Positions 45,495 through 57,399 of a DNA stretch of 64,000 nucleotides are shown in pieces. The translations under genes were made by a program, and so were the position numbers. Under the pieces are notes generated by a model. It made no database searches and was not told the origin of the DNA. It saw only the letters and a list, made by a program, of their open reading frames with translations. The stretch lies in contig NC_092675.1 in assembly GCF_964355755.1 (NCBI RefSeq), positions 4,769,812 to 4,833,811 of the forward strand, written 5' to 3'. Source of the DNA: Antedon mediterranea (taxonomy: Eukaryota; Animalia; Echinodermata). Within the stretch, counting starts at the first letter, position 1. Every line of letters starts with the position of its first letter.

Positions 45495-46102
45495 AATGTT
45501 TATTCTCCTTCTGAAATAAGGTTAATTTGGCGCAGTGTTTGGTTTAAAAAATGTGTATATTTGATATAATCAAAATGAATCTGCAGTAAAATCACCATTA
45601 TTGATAATAGTCTAAACTTTAATGATTCCACTAGCCAATATTTTTAATAACGATATAATGAATCCTATCAGGTATAGCGTGTTGCTGATTTCTTCCAGGT
45701 TTGTATTATTTACGCTAAAGTTGTTATTGTAATGTAAATTAAACTTAATAATATTTTGTTTGTTCATAATTTTCAGATATAATGACCTTTAAAAAATTAG
45801 AAAAGCTAGTCATCCATATTAAATTCACGGATTATAAAACAAACACAATAATAATATAATAATTAAAGAAATACTGTATAATTGGTTATTTTTCAGAAGG
45901 TTACGAATGAAACCCAAATACATCAATATTGTTGTTGCTACTTCAGAGCCTGCACTATTAGCACATGATGTTGCTTCAGGTAGATTGGATGGCCGCCGTC
46001 ATAGTAACTAAACATTAAACGTGCAGTTCGATCCACGCTTTTGTAATTAGATTGTTGTAGCAACCCACGGATCTAATAACCAATCACTCATGTGACTATT
46101 AA

Positions 46103-46451
46103 AGATGTATTGTCCCCCTGGAAAAATAATGTTTAACACAATTTTGGTTAAATATGCCAATTTAATGTAACATAATAGTTATCCACTTTGACCAAAAATT
46201 GGATCGAAGAAAAAATGCATTTACCTGAAATTAAAATGTAATTTAAAGCAAAAAATGGTAAAATTGGCTGCCAGCCAATGTGTTTTTGGTTGAATTTAAC
46301 CATTTATTTTGTCATTTTATAAGTGAAAACATTATTTTTTTACATTTTTTTTTCTACGGAAATGATTAACTTTATTAAAACTACAAAATAACATATTTAA
46401 AGTCTGATTTAATTAATCTTCATTTTTCATGTTTTTGGGGACAATACATCT
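46103..46451. mobile_element. TTAA-targeting MITE (Kolobok-like)
   Basis: TIR AGATGTATTGTCCCC / GGGGACAATACATCT, flanks TTAA/TTAT; empty site TGTGACTATTAATGTAAGAC in the paralogous block at ~61474. Confidence 0.9.
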
Positions 46452-47220
46452 TTATTGTAAGACTAAACCAAATAAACCATTTCTTGCTTGCCAAAAAAAA
46501 AAAAAAAAAAATGATTGAGATAAGCTGTATTATTTTAACAAACCATATTGTATAATTCCTTTCAAACGTATTGTCATGTTTATATTAAAATAATGCTAAT
46601 AATAATTATAGACCTTCAATTTAACTATGGTAATCTTTTCCTATACAAAAAGTAATTAAAGAATAGAAAGAACAGTTTTCAAAAACATGCACAACAAATG
46701 TAGTAGAAATAGTACAGAATAATATGTATAATTACTGTATTTATATGAAATAATAAACAAATATTAGTCATCACCCAATTCTGCAACTAACATTTATAGA
46801 AATACCATAAATAGGCCTATTTGTATATCTAGATTTAGTCAGTTAAGATGTATCTATTTGACAATTGTAATATTCGGTTGGTAACATATACAAATAATGA
46901 ATGTTTATCAGTGCAACGGTACAAATATTTTCATGAGGTGAAAGATGGCCTGTACATGAATACTAATAATACTAAATATGTGTAATTTTATACATGATTG
47001 GTAAACTAAAGAATTAACTATATAAAATACATAAGAACAACCCTTTTATATAAGTATAGTAGGCTATGTTCGTACATTCACAAAGAGGGAATTTGTTCTG
47101 ACATGCCAAAATGTTAAGTGTGACGGGACTAATATAGAAAATGGCAATTGTTGTTACAAAACATTTTGCCACTAAACATCAGTAGAGCTTCGGCCTTGAT
47201 TTGTTCGAAGTTTCCACTTG

Positions 47221-48902
47221 CTACAATAATATGTAGCAATAACCATCGTATGTACTATCAAGACTCTTGAATCCCCAACTATTAATTCCATTATTCCCGC
47301 AACCTGGTCTAGCATGCGTTATAGGGTAAATAACCTCTCTACTTTCGACCCAGCCCGCGTTACAGCAATCATAACCAGCTATTTGTGCCGCTTGTAGTTG
47401 TGCTCGTGTTGCTAGTGCTCCTCCAGTGTAAGCAGAGCATCTATCCTTTGCATCCTGGTACGTAAGTTGGTATCTTTCAGTTCCACGCACATTCATCACT
47501 CGATGTGAGGGAAATGGATCTGGAAACGTGATGTTCTGGTTTGGTAAAGGAATATAACACATGGCGAAATATTCTATTGATGTGTCGTATAGCTTAATGT
47601 AGTTACCAGTTGGATAAAGCCAAAAATCCGATGGAATATTACCTGTGCAAGAATTTCCTCTCAATTCATTCAAATACCATCCATTTGTACAAAGATCAAC
47701 ACCTAGTGAGTATGATGCGCTATACACCTCAAAAGGAGTCGCCAGCCGACCACCAAAGAGGGTACTGCATCTAGTTTCAGCTTCATTAGCGTTCAGTTTA
47801 TCCAAATTTAAACCTGTTAGCCTTATAATTCGTTGAATTGTCGGAATATAATCAAACAAACCTAATGGTTGATTATATCCTCTGTAACAATAATAGCCAC
47901 TTTCATATGTTTTGTCTGGAAAAACATTACTTCGTTGATCTGGAGAATTCAATGTGCATTTGTCTCCGTTGATTTCGGTGAAGGCTATCTCACCACTAAT
48001 CAGCCATCCTTCGATGCAGTTGTCCATACGTGGTTGATATGCGTTGTAAAGTTGTTCATACGATGCGAGCGAACCTAAGTTAATGGTACATGTACTGGAT
48101 GCTACATCGTAAGTAGCATTAGTTGAACTAGAATAAATACCATCTGAAAAATACGAAAGAACCGCTCATCAACAAATATCTCATTGATGAGAGTTATGTA
48201 TTGTGTTTATTCTATAAAAATGATTTTGTGTCTTCTGTGTCGTAACACAGTTATATGGCTACCACAGTATTGCTTTTTAAAATACAAAAGTATTTAGAAA
48301 CAGCACATTATGGATGTAATTTTTTAAATTAGAGATTATTTTAAATATCTAGGCATTATTCTACAGAAATCATTAGGTCTATACTCACGATTCTTTAAAC
48401 TTTTATCCAATACCTATATAAGAGATAATACCACAATTAAAAGACATATTTTACACAATGACATTGAATATTATAATTGTAAAGTTATAATATTAACTAC
48501 CGTATGCCCGCATGTACCTACTTATACTTTGACGTAAAGAATGAAAAAATATATAATAGGCCCTATAGGGTCTTAGGGTTTAAAATGCAAAAGGAAAAGT
48601 CGAATAAGTACCTTCTCTATGTATACAAATGAAAGTTCTTGTTGAAAATCTTCTGTAGATGCTCTGTCTTGTACATTTTTGTTGAGTTGACACAAACGAT
48701 CCTGCTTACTGTAGTTAACAGACCAACAGTAAACTTTCCTGGAACAAGCCAACAAACATCCAGCACGATCGATGTTAAAAAGCTGGTAACTCCAGCCCAG
48801 AAGAAACCGTTGTGAAATAACTGTATATAGGCCTAATTGAGAACTTGTAAAAGCAGTCTCACTACAGAGTACGATTAAACAAAAGAATACGGGGAAATAC
48901 AT
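47221..48902 (-). CDS. Secreted PAN/Apple + 3x Link module protein, copy C, ~412 aa
   Basis: Exons 48902-48612, 48413-48389 and 48143-47221; 1239 nt in frame, no stops seen. Confidence 0.85.
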
Positions 48903-49025
48903 AATATTGACCTGTCCTTAATTATCCTATTTTGTCAAATAATGTACTTTTGCTTACTGCTTTAAAAAAGAAGAGTATGTCTGCGACAATCAAAATTAAA
49001 ATCGATTTCTACATTTAGTATGCAT

Positions 49026-49740
49026 TGGTATGGTTAATCGTTATGTTTGTACAAAATCAATATTGTAAATTTTGGTAATAAAGATATACATTGATGATTG
49101 ATGTATAATTGGAACACCTGTTTGTATTTACATTGTACCGTTCTTTGTTGAAATCATTGTTGAACTGTAATTTAATATTTTAATTTGAAATAGACCTAAA
49201 TCGAATAAACCTTCAACAGTTTTTCTTTCTTTCTAAATCTAATACAGAAATTGTGGATTCGGATTGCCTATTCACACATTTCTACTAACTTCTGAGACTG
49301 CACTAATAAGTAAATGATGTTGCTTCAGGTAGATTGGATGGCCGCCGTCATAGTAACTATACAACACTAAACGTGCAGTTGGATCTGGTATAGTAAATCG
49401 GTATGTTTGTACAAAATCAATATTGTAAATTGTGGTAATAAAGATATACATTGATGATTGATGTATAATTGCAACACCTGTTTGTATTTACATTGTACCG
49501 TTCTTTGTTGAAATGATTGTTGAACTGTAATTTAATATTTTAATTTGAAAAAGACCTAAATCGAATAAACCTTCAACAGTTTTTCTTTCTTTCTAAATCT
49601 AATACAGAAATTGTGGATTCGGATTGCCTGTTCAAACATTTCTACTAACTTCTGAGGCTGCACTAATAATGATTTTGCTTCAGGTAGATTGGATATTCGC
49701 CGTCATAGTAACTAAACAACGCTAAACGTGCAGTTGGATC
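49026..49740. repeat. ~360-bp tandem duplication upstream of Link gene C
   Basis: TGGTAT..TATGTTTGTACAAAATCAATATTG at 49026 and 49386; the copies are near-identical. Confidence 0.9.
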
Positions 49741-49964
49741 CACGCTTTTGTAATTAGATTGTTGTAGTAATCCACATATTGGTATCGCGTTTGTCAGTAC
49801 AAAAGATTATAGCGAAGTTATTTTCAATCTCAATGTTCAATTTATTTTTAGAAGTGGCAATGTTTAGTCCGTGTCCATGCTGCATTGAACCGCCTACTCA
49901 AACGATCCTGTTTTTAGGTAGTAATCGAAACACTGAATTAGTACACTTGTGACTAGCAATTATT

Positions 49965-50284
49965 GTACTGGTTTCCCCCAAAAACATGAAAAAAATGAAG
50001 ATTAATTAAATCAGACTTTGAATAGGTTTGTAGTTTTAATAAAGTTAATCACTTCCGTAGGAAAAAAGAAAAAAAATAATGTTTTCACTTATAAAATAAC
50101 ATAATAAATGGTTAAATTCAAAACCAAAAATCCATTGGTTGGCAGCCAATTTGACCATTGTTTGCTTAAAATTACAGTTTTTTTCCATCCAATTTTTTTG
50201 TCAAAGTGGATAACTATTATGTGAAATTAAAATGGCATATTAAAAAAAATGTTTTAAATTATTATTCATGGGGACAACACATCT
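49965..50284. mobile_element. TTAA MITE family copy (inverted relative to 46103)
   Basis: Reverse-complement similarity to 46103-46451; right end GGGGACAACACATCT-TTAA. Confidence 0.75.
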
Positions 50285-50779
50285 TTAACCATGAAACACG
50301 ATTTCTTTAATAATCCTCGCTGCAGGTGTAGTTTATTATTGTTTCTTTTGTTTTCAACACTAATCGATTTCACGTTCAATGTTATCGCATGAAAGTAACA
50401 CTATCATTAACTTAAATTATTTTCACGAAAACACATTTATATAGAAGCATACGCTATACTCTCTGAAATTATTATATTACTTGGCATAATGCCACGTTAT
50501 CATCCTGTTTTAATACCTATATACCAACAAATCATCTCTATTTATGAAAATTGATATATTGGTGACGTTACAAAAATATATTAAATCTCGAGTGATCTGT
50601 ATGTTCAATATTGGCCAAAATAGTTAAATACCGAATCACTGTCACAAAACTAGGGTTCATTATGACTAAAAAAATGTTGTGTTGCATCGCACATCGACTA
50701 TCAATTCAATTCAATTCAATTCAATTCAATTCAACGTAAACATTTATTTTCTTTCTTTCAACCAATAACAATAAAACAA

Positions 50780-51391
50780 ATGAATAAGGTATTGAAAAAG
50801 AAAGTACGAGTTTTAAATAATACATTTAACCATTGTGCAACAGAGCAGATTATACATGCTTTTGTTACCATTCGGCTTGATATGGGAAATTCCCTGCTGT
50901 ATGGTCTGCCAAAGAAGCAGTTGCGGACTCTCCAGAAGGTGCAAAATTGGGCAGCTCGCTTGGTGATGTGTGCCAAGAAGTATGATCATGTCACAGCATT
51001 GTTCAAAGAGTTAAATTGGCTACCCATGGAGTCACGTGTTAAATTTAAGATCCTGCTGCTGGTGTTCCGATGCCTAAATAGTTGCGCTCCAAAATATCTC
51101 TCAGAATTGTTGACAGTCAAGAAGGGAAAGCGAGAACTAAGATCTAGTCATCAGGTGCTACTGGACATTCCAAGGAGCAAACATAGTTGGGGAGATCGGA
51201 CTTTCAGTGTTGCTGGACCTAGGCTCTGGAACCACCTACCCTTAAACATTAAACACACATCATTATTGAGTCACTTTAAGTCACTACTCAAAACTCACCT
51301 TTTCTGATTTTTTCTACAGCGCCATGAGCAATGAATGTGGGAATGGCCCTATATAAATCGAACGATTGATTGATTGATTGATTGATTGATT
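50780..51391 (+). mobile_element. L2-clade LINE 3' fragment with (GATT)n tail
   Basis: IHAFVTIRLDMGNSLLYGLP..LQKVQNWAARLV..HVT..L.WLP..RVKFKILLL..GDRTFSVAGPRLWN.LP..FKSLLKTHLF; 3' UTR ending CTATATAAAT then GATT repeats. Confidence 0.9.
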
Positions 51392-51392
51392 T

Positions 51393-51432
<40 letters not shown>

Positions 51433-51540
51433 CATACTGTAAATTATAGAAACAGTGCTCATATTCGGAACATGATCTCATAATCGCATCGAGCATAGCT
51501 CATTGGCGAAAGTTCCGTATTTTTTAGTTGTATGAAAAAA

Positions 51541-51612
51541 TGTCTCTGGCTGGATTCGAACCTGCAACCTCTCGCTTACAGGGCGAGTATCATACCACTA
51601 GACCACAGAGCC
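51541..51612 (-). tRNA. tRNA-like pseudogene (tRNA-Pro-like body, TGT at the anticodon position) within the 366-bp unit
   Basis: Reverse complement of the 52567-52638 copy. Confidence 0.5.
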
Positions 51613-51906
51613 ATGTATGGTATTATCACAGATTTTCACCCACCAGATACATTCTCTCATACAACAAACGCCCTCACAATCAGTGGAGGCTTAACAAGTC
51701 AGAATAAATTCCAACTTTAATTCGCAACGGTTTTTAAATAATATTGTGTATATGTAAATCAATGATGTTGCGTAGCACTGTGTAAATTATATATAAATCA
51801 TACTGTAAATTATAGAAACAGTGCTCATATTCGGAACATGATCTCATAATCGCATCGAGCATAGCTCATTGGCGAAAGTTCCGTATTTTTTAGTTGTATG
51901 AAAAAA

Positions 51907-51978
51907 TGTCTCTGGCTGGATTCGAACCTGCAACCTCTCGCTTACAGGGCGAGTATCATACCACTAGACCACAGAGCC
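51907..51978 (-). tRNA. tRNA-like pseudogene, second copy
   Basis: Identical to 51541-51612, offset by 366 bp. Confidence 0.5.
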
Positions 51979-52566
51979 ATGTATGGTATTATCACAGATT
52001 TTCACCCACCAGATACATTCTCTCATACAACAAACGCCCTCACAATCAGTGGAGGCTTAACAAGTCAGAATAAATTCCAACTTTAATTCGCAACGGTTTT
52101 TAAATAATATTGTGTATATGTAAATCAATGATGTTGCGTAGCACTGTGTAAATTATATATAAATCATACTGTAAATTATAGAAACAGTGCTCATATTCGG
52201 AACATGATCTCATAATCGCATCGAGCATAGCTCATTGGCGAGAGGTTGCAGGTTCGAATCCAGCCAGAGACATTTTTTCATACAACTAAAAAATACGGAA
52301 CTTTCGCCAATGAGCTATGCTCGATGCGATTATGAGATCATGTTCCGAATATGAGCACTGTTTCTATAATTTACAGTATGATTTATATATAATTTACACA
52401 GTGCTACGCAACATCATTGATTTACATATACACAATATTATTTAAAAACCGTTGCGAATTAAAGTTGGAATTTATTCTGACTTGTTAAGCCTCCACTGAT
52501 TGTGAGGGCGTTTGTTGTATGAGAGAATGTATCTGGTGGGTGAAAATCTGTGATAATACCATACAT

Positions 52567-52638
52567 GGCTCTGTGGTCTAGTGGTATGATACTCGCCCTG
52601 TAAGCGAGAGGTTGCAGGTTCGAATCCAGCCAGAGACA
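52567..52638 (+). tRNA. tRNA-like pseudogene, third copy, followed by T6
   Basis: GGCTCTG TGGTCTAGTGGTATGATA CTCGC-CCTGTAA-GCGAG AGGTT GCAGG-TTCGAAT-CCAGC CAGAGAC A; mismatches in the acceptor and T stems; C instead of U33. Confidence 0.5.
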
Positions 52639-52785
52639 TTTTTTCATACAACTAAAAAATACGGAACTTTCGCCAATGAGCTATGCTCGATGCGATTATG
52701 AGATCATGTTCCGAATATGAGCACTGTTTCTATAATTTACAGTATGATTTATATATAATTTACACAGTGCTACGCAACATCATTG

Positions 52786-52850
<65 letters not shown>

Positions 52851-52891
52851 AAACGATAAAGATGAGGAAATCTGTGAGAATGAGAAAAAGT

Positions 52892-52963
52892 CGCCCCAAC
52901 CGAGACTCGAACTCGGACCGTCTGCTTGATATGCAGATGTTCTAACCATTAGACCATTGGGGC
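52892..52963 (-). tRNA. tRNA-like cloverleaf, anticodon ATC (Asp-like), probably repeat-borne
   Basis: GCCCCAA/TTGGGGC acceptor stem, TCTGC-ATATCAA-GCAGA anticodon arm, CCGAG-TTCGAGT-CTCGG T arm, discriminator G; 72 nt. Confidence 0.55.
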
Positions 52964-53342
52964 TTTCATGGTATTGTTCGAACTCGATTGGATAACGACT
53001 CTTTAACATTCTCGGCGTGGTACGGCGGAACAGCACTAGTCCTCAGTTGTACGCACGCGCAACAGAGATCAAATTGATACGCCCTCATCTTTCAGTATTT
53101 TTATTCACGAGAGGCGGGATCTCCGAAGAGATACTTTTATATATATAAACACAAGAGGCAAAGAACATTAATTCTAAACCGCCCGGTGATATACTGAAAT
53201 TTAATTAATTAATTTGAAACGATAAAGATGAGGAAATCTGTGAACATTGTTGATATTTCAAAATAGCTGGTTATATTACACCACCAGAGATCAATTGATA
53301 CGCCCTACATTTATGAACAATGTTGATATTTCAAAATAGCTG

Positions 53343-54290
53343 GTTATATTACATAGCCTATGTAAATACGTGAACGTGATTGGTTGAAACTGCATCACAT
53401 GACTACCGCTGCGAGGATCGTAAATCGTATATATATCCTCGAGAACTGAGTAATTTTCGCGTAATTATCGTGTCCTGTCATTAATCATATAAATTCTTGA
53501 GTACAAGATATTGACTTTGTAATTTTCGTGTGGCAACACTCGCGTTTGCCGATAAATAAACAAAAGTCATCTACTGGGTCTTGAACTCGCGATGAAATTG
53601 CGCTACATGCGCTGCGCCACGGAACTTGCTTGAAGAAATTACTCAACTAAACTATTTAAACTATGCATACATAGTGTCCTCATTTGTTATTAGTCCTCCC
53701 TAGATGTGATGAAAGACCGTTTGTGATTGGTTAATACTCACAGTAGTAACCGATACGCGCGCGACGTACTGAACATCCGGCCGGTGATTCGGCTCGATCG
53801 AAGAAGAAGAATTATTATTTATTCGGCCTACCTGATAATAATATTATTATTATTAATGTGGGCTTATGGATAGAAATTCTTCTGTTATTATTTAAACGAC
53901 CTAGGCTAGTGAATATTTTATTGCCATTAATTAGTAATTATTTGTATATTATTCTTCGAAAGGTAAGGTGTCTGGGCAGCTTGTTTACATACAATACAAA
54001 AAGGAGGCCTAAGCCTAGCCTAGCTACCCGACCCAGCAGACATTCTACTTGTTGTTGGCTATGTAATATAACAGATATCGCCTTTTATATCGGTAAAATA
54101 TAAGATTAGACATCCCCTCGGGAATGATATTAAGTTCTCGGGAATTATATATTTCCCTCACCTGCCGCTTCGGGAAATATATATTCCCTCGAACATAATA
54201 TTCGGCAAATATATATTCCCTCAAACATAATATCATTCCCTCGGGGATGTCAAATCTTATATTTAACCTCTAAGCAGTCAATATCTGTAT
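53343..54290. mobile_element. Unclassified non-autonomous repeat(s) with inverted repeats
   Basis: GTTATATTACATAGCC (53343) / GGCTATGTAATATAAC (54057); hairpin ATAAGATT.GACATCCCC..GGGAATGATATT (~54100-54131) / AATATCATTCCC..GGGGATGTC.AATCTTAT (~54229-54260). Confidence 0.5.
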
Positions 54291-54544
54291 AATATTTTAA
54301 TGCACAAATATAATCGTAAACTTAAATTGTATTCTATTGCACAGATATTAATTCTTAATTCGTGTGTATAACAATACACTATTCGATATAAGCACATTTT
54401 TTATATTCTTTCACAAAGATAATTATTAGGTAATGAATCTAGAATGCTTACAATAATAATGACCTTTTCGATGTATTCGAACAAACTGTTTTTCGGCCTG
54501 TAATTGTTCTTGTATTTTCTCATTGATTTTTGCTTATATTAATT

Positions 54545-54665
54545 TATAGATCAACAGTAATCTTTCAACAACAAACATCCAGGACGATTGATGTTAAGAA
54601 GCAAGTAACTCCAGCCCAGAAGAGAACGTTGTGAAATTACTTTATATAGATGAGAACTTGTAAAA
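54545..54665 (-). pseudogene. Decayed exon-1 (PAN) fragment of the Link gene family
   Basis: GTAACTCCAGCCCAGAAGAGAACGTTGTGAAAT..TATAGATGAGAACTTG matches exon 1 of copies A-D, with deletions. Confidence 0.8.
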
Positions 54666-55429
54666 GAAACATTATTAAAAACATAATTGAAAAGATGATT
54701 TTGAAAAATGTATTCTATCGGTAAACATTTAACAAAAATTGTATTAATTTGGTAATAAAATACACTCTATTCTGTAATTTAACAGTTCTTACACTGCACG
54801 AAGAATCAGTACCGTAGATAATAACGCATGCACACCAAATAAATACTATACTTTTCTTAATTTGTCTTTAATATCTTTGTTTTTTCTTCAATTAAGGCCA
54901 ATTTGTATCATCAAGGACGACATTGTGTTATTATTATATGAATGCATTTGTTCTACAACAATATAAAAACGTTTCTCATTACTGTAATCTATCGGTTGTA
55001 GTCATAACTATACAAAATAATACAAATGTTCCTTATTAAGTTTTAACAGACTATGCTTAGCATAAAATGTTGCCAAGTATAGTATTTACTTTGTTTGTAT
55101 TTATGTAACATGGCAATAAATACAATTTTGCCAAGTATAGGCCTACTATTTATTTTGTTGTAAAATGTTGACAAGCATAGTATTTACTTTGTTTGTATAT
55201 GTATGTTTGTTTGTTAGCACGATAGCGCCTACAGTTTTCAAGTTATCATTCTGAATGAAAAAGTACATGATGTTGCTTCATGGATAATCGCAATAGCAAC
55301 TAAACAACACTAAACGTGTAGATTATCAAACTTTATCTGACAAAAATTGCAATGTGCCCATATATGGGAATGATGATGTCATATTACTACCATATGTATG
55401 GCCAAGACTCGAGATAAGGAAACCGTTGA

Positions 55430-55665
55430 GCAAAAACCAAAGAGACTAGTCAAAGTAAATACGAATGTGAAAATATCTTGAAGTAAAGAAACAACGGCAA
55501 AAAAGAGAGACTGGCCAAAGTAAAAACGAATGTTACAAGATCCTGCAGTAAGGAAACAACGGAAGAAAAAAAAGAGAGACTGGCCAAAGTAAAAACGAAT
55601 GTTACAAGATCCCGAAATAAGGAAACAACGGAAGAAAAAAAAGAGAGACTGGCCAAAGTAAACCA
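55430..55665. repeat. ~60-70-bp tandem repeat, ~3.5 copies
   Basis: AAAAGAGAGACTGGCCAAAGTAAAAACGAATGTTACAAGATCC repeated. Confidence 0.85.
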
Positions 55666-57399
55666 AAATATAAAAAGAACTCGAAGTGTGGAAACTGCTG
55701 TTGACACTTCAGCATTACGATTAGTATAGAAGTAATTGCTAATTTTCATAAACATGTGAAAGAAGATGCTGCTGATTATATTTGTTGTTCGTGTCTCAGA
55801 TTATTATATCGGTGTTCAGTAGTATAATTTAAACCACTGAATTATCAAAAGCTGAAAACAGAGATTTGTAATGCTATTTGTGGTTACAGAAGAACATCAA
55901 TGGATAACAAAGAATGGATTTGTCACACATGAAGGGGAAAATGCCATGTCAATCCAAAGCCAACAACTTACAACTTGCAGATCAACCTCCATAGTTGAAA
56001 CACTTAAATTAAAGCCACTTGAACTACGACTTATTTCTCAAAGAATACCTAAATCAAAAAAATATCTTTCAACATGCTCCCAATCAGTGGATATATTTTG
56101 TAAAGTACTTCATTCATTTTCTGAGTGCTTTCATTACTTGGCTAAGTATAGTCATTTACTTTGCCTATTGAAAATCAACAAAATTGGTTTATTAATAAAT
56201 AATAAAAATGATATTATTTTTATACCGGCTAGTATTAAAAAATAGGAGACAATTTTTAAAAACCGGCGAGCAGTTTTAAAGTAACAAGTGTACTGAAATT
56301 CCATTTTCTCGAGAACTACTTGTCCAAAAAACTTCATTTTTGTACAAGAGGCAAGGATTATAATTTGTGATTTGTAATTTCAAAACATAATTTGATTTAA
56401 TTTCCTTATTTCATTCTGTACATAGGTATATACTTACGGTACAGAACATGACTATTGATTTTCAGGAAAATTGATATATTGGTCATGTCAAAAAAGCTTA
56501 TCTTCCGTACGATAAATTAAATGGCACGCACTCTGTCTTCTTTTAACATGAACATTACATATTCTTTGATATAGACCAAAATATTAGTTGACTGGTCGAG
56601 CGGTTAAGCTTACTCCATGGGTTAAGGCAGGGGCCCCGCAAGCGGCATAGCTTCAAGACACTCCTCAACTCCTGGTCAATCTTGCAGATTTTAGAAAGGT
56701 CATTGTTGCAATGACGGAGTTTGTTTGCATTAAAAATTATTTAAACAAATTATATAAACCCCAGCAGGATTTGAACCATATAAAGCTAATGCCTAAAGCA
56801 AAAAATTGTATCATTTAACATGCTCCCTATCAGTGGATATATTTTGCCAAGTACTTCACTCAGTTTCTGAGTGCTTTCATTTGTATGTTTGTTTGTTACT
56901 TGGCCAAATTAAAAATTGTCCAAGTATGTTTGATGTTGGTTTATGTGTTTGTTTGTCTGTTTGTTTGTCATCACTCTAGCGCTCACAATTTTGATTCGAA
57001 TGACTCCAAATTACTATCATACATGTCGTCTGGTGCAAGGACGACACTGCCCAATTGGTGAAAATCCGGACCACGGTCCCAATTCTGGATCACTTTTTAG
57101 AACTAATTTTAGACCTGCTAGTGTTAAAAGATAAAAGCCGGTGAGCAGTCTTAAATTAACAAGTAAACTAAAATTGCATTTTCTCGAGAACTACTTGTCC
57201 AAACTTCATTTTTGTACAAGAAGCAAGAGTTATAATTTGTAATTTTAAAACTTAATTTAAATACAGGTTTTTTGATGCGAGTAGTTTATAAACCCTATTT
57301 CATTTCAAATTCACCCCTGTGTTTTTTGCGTTGCTGTTCTATTGTTAGTTGACTGAAGCTATTGTTAGTTGAAAGGCTGGTTACATACCTTTACACCAA

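Larger units (their letters stand above)
51395..52847. repeat. 366-bp tandem array folded into a long inverted repeat, bounded by (TA)n tracts
   Basis: Direct units offset by 366 bp (51532/51898), partial third unit to 52241, inverted arm 52238-52789; (TA)n at 51395-51428 and 52789-52847. Confidence 0.92.

Noticed and set aside
51423-52789. Three identical 62-aa ORFs (MKKCLWLDSN...) as a peptide gene family
   Set aside because: They are the antisense reading of the tRNA-like segment within the 366-bp repeat
55379-55755. Hydrophobic repeat ORFs
   Set aside because: Translations of a ~69-bp tandem repeat, with several frames open by composition
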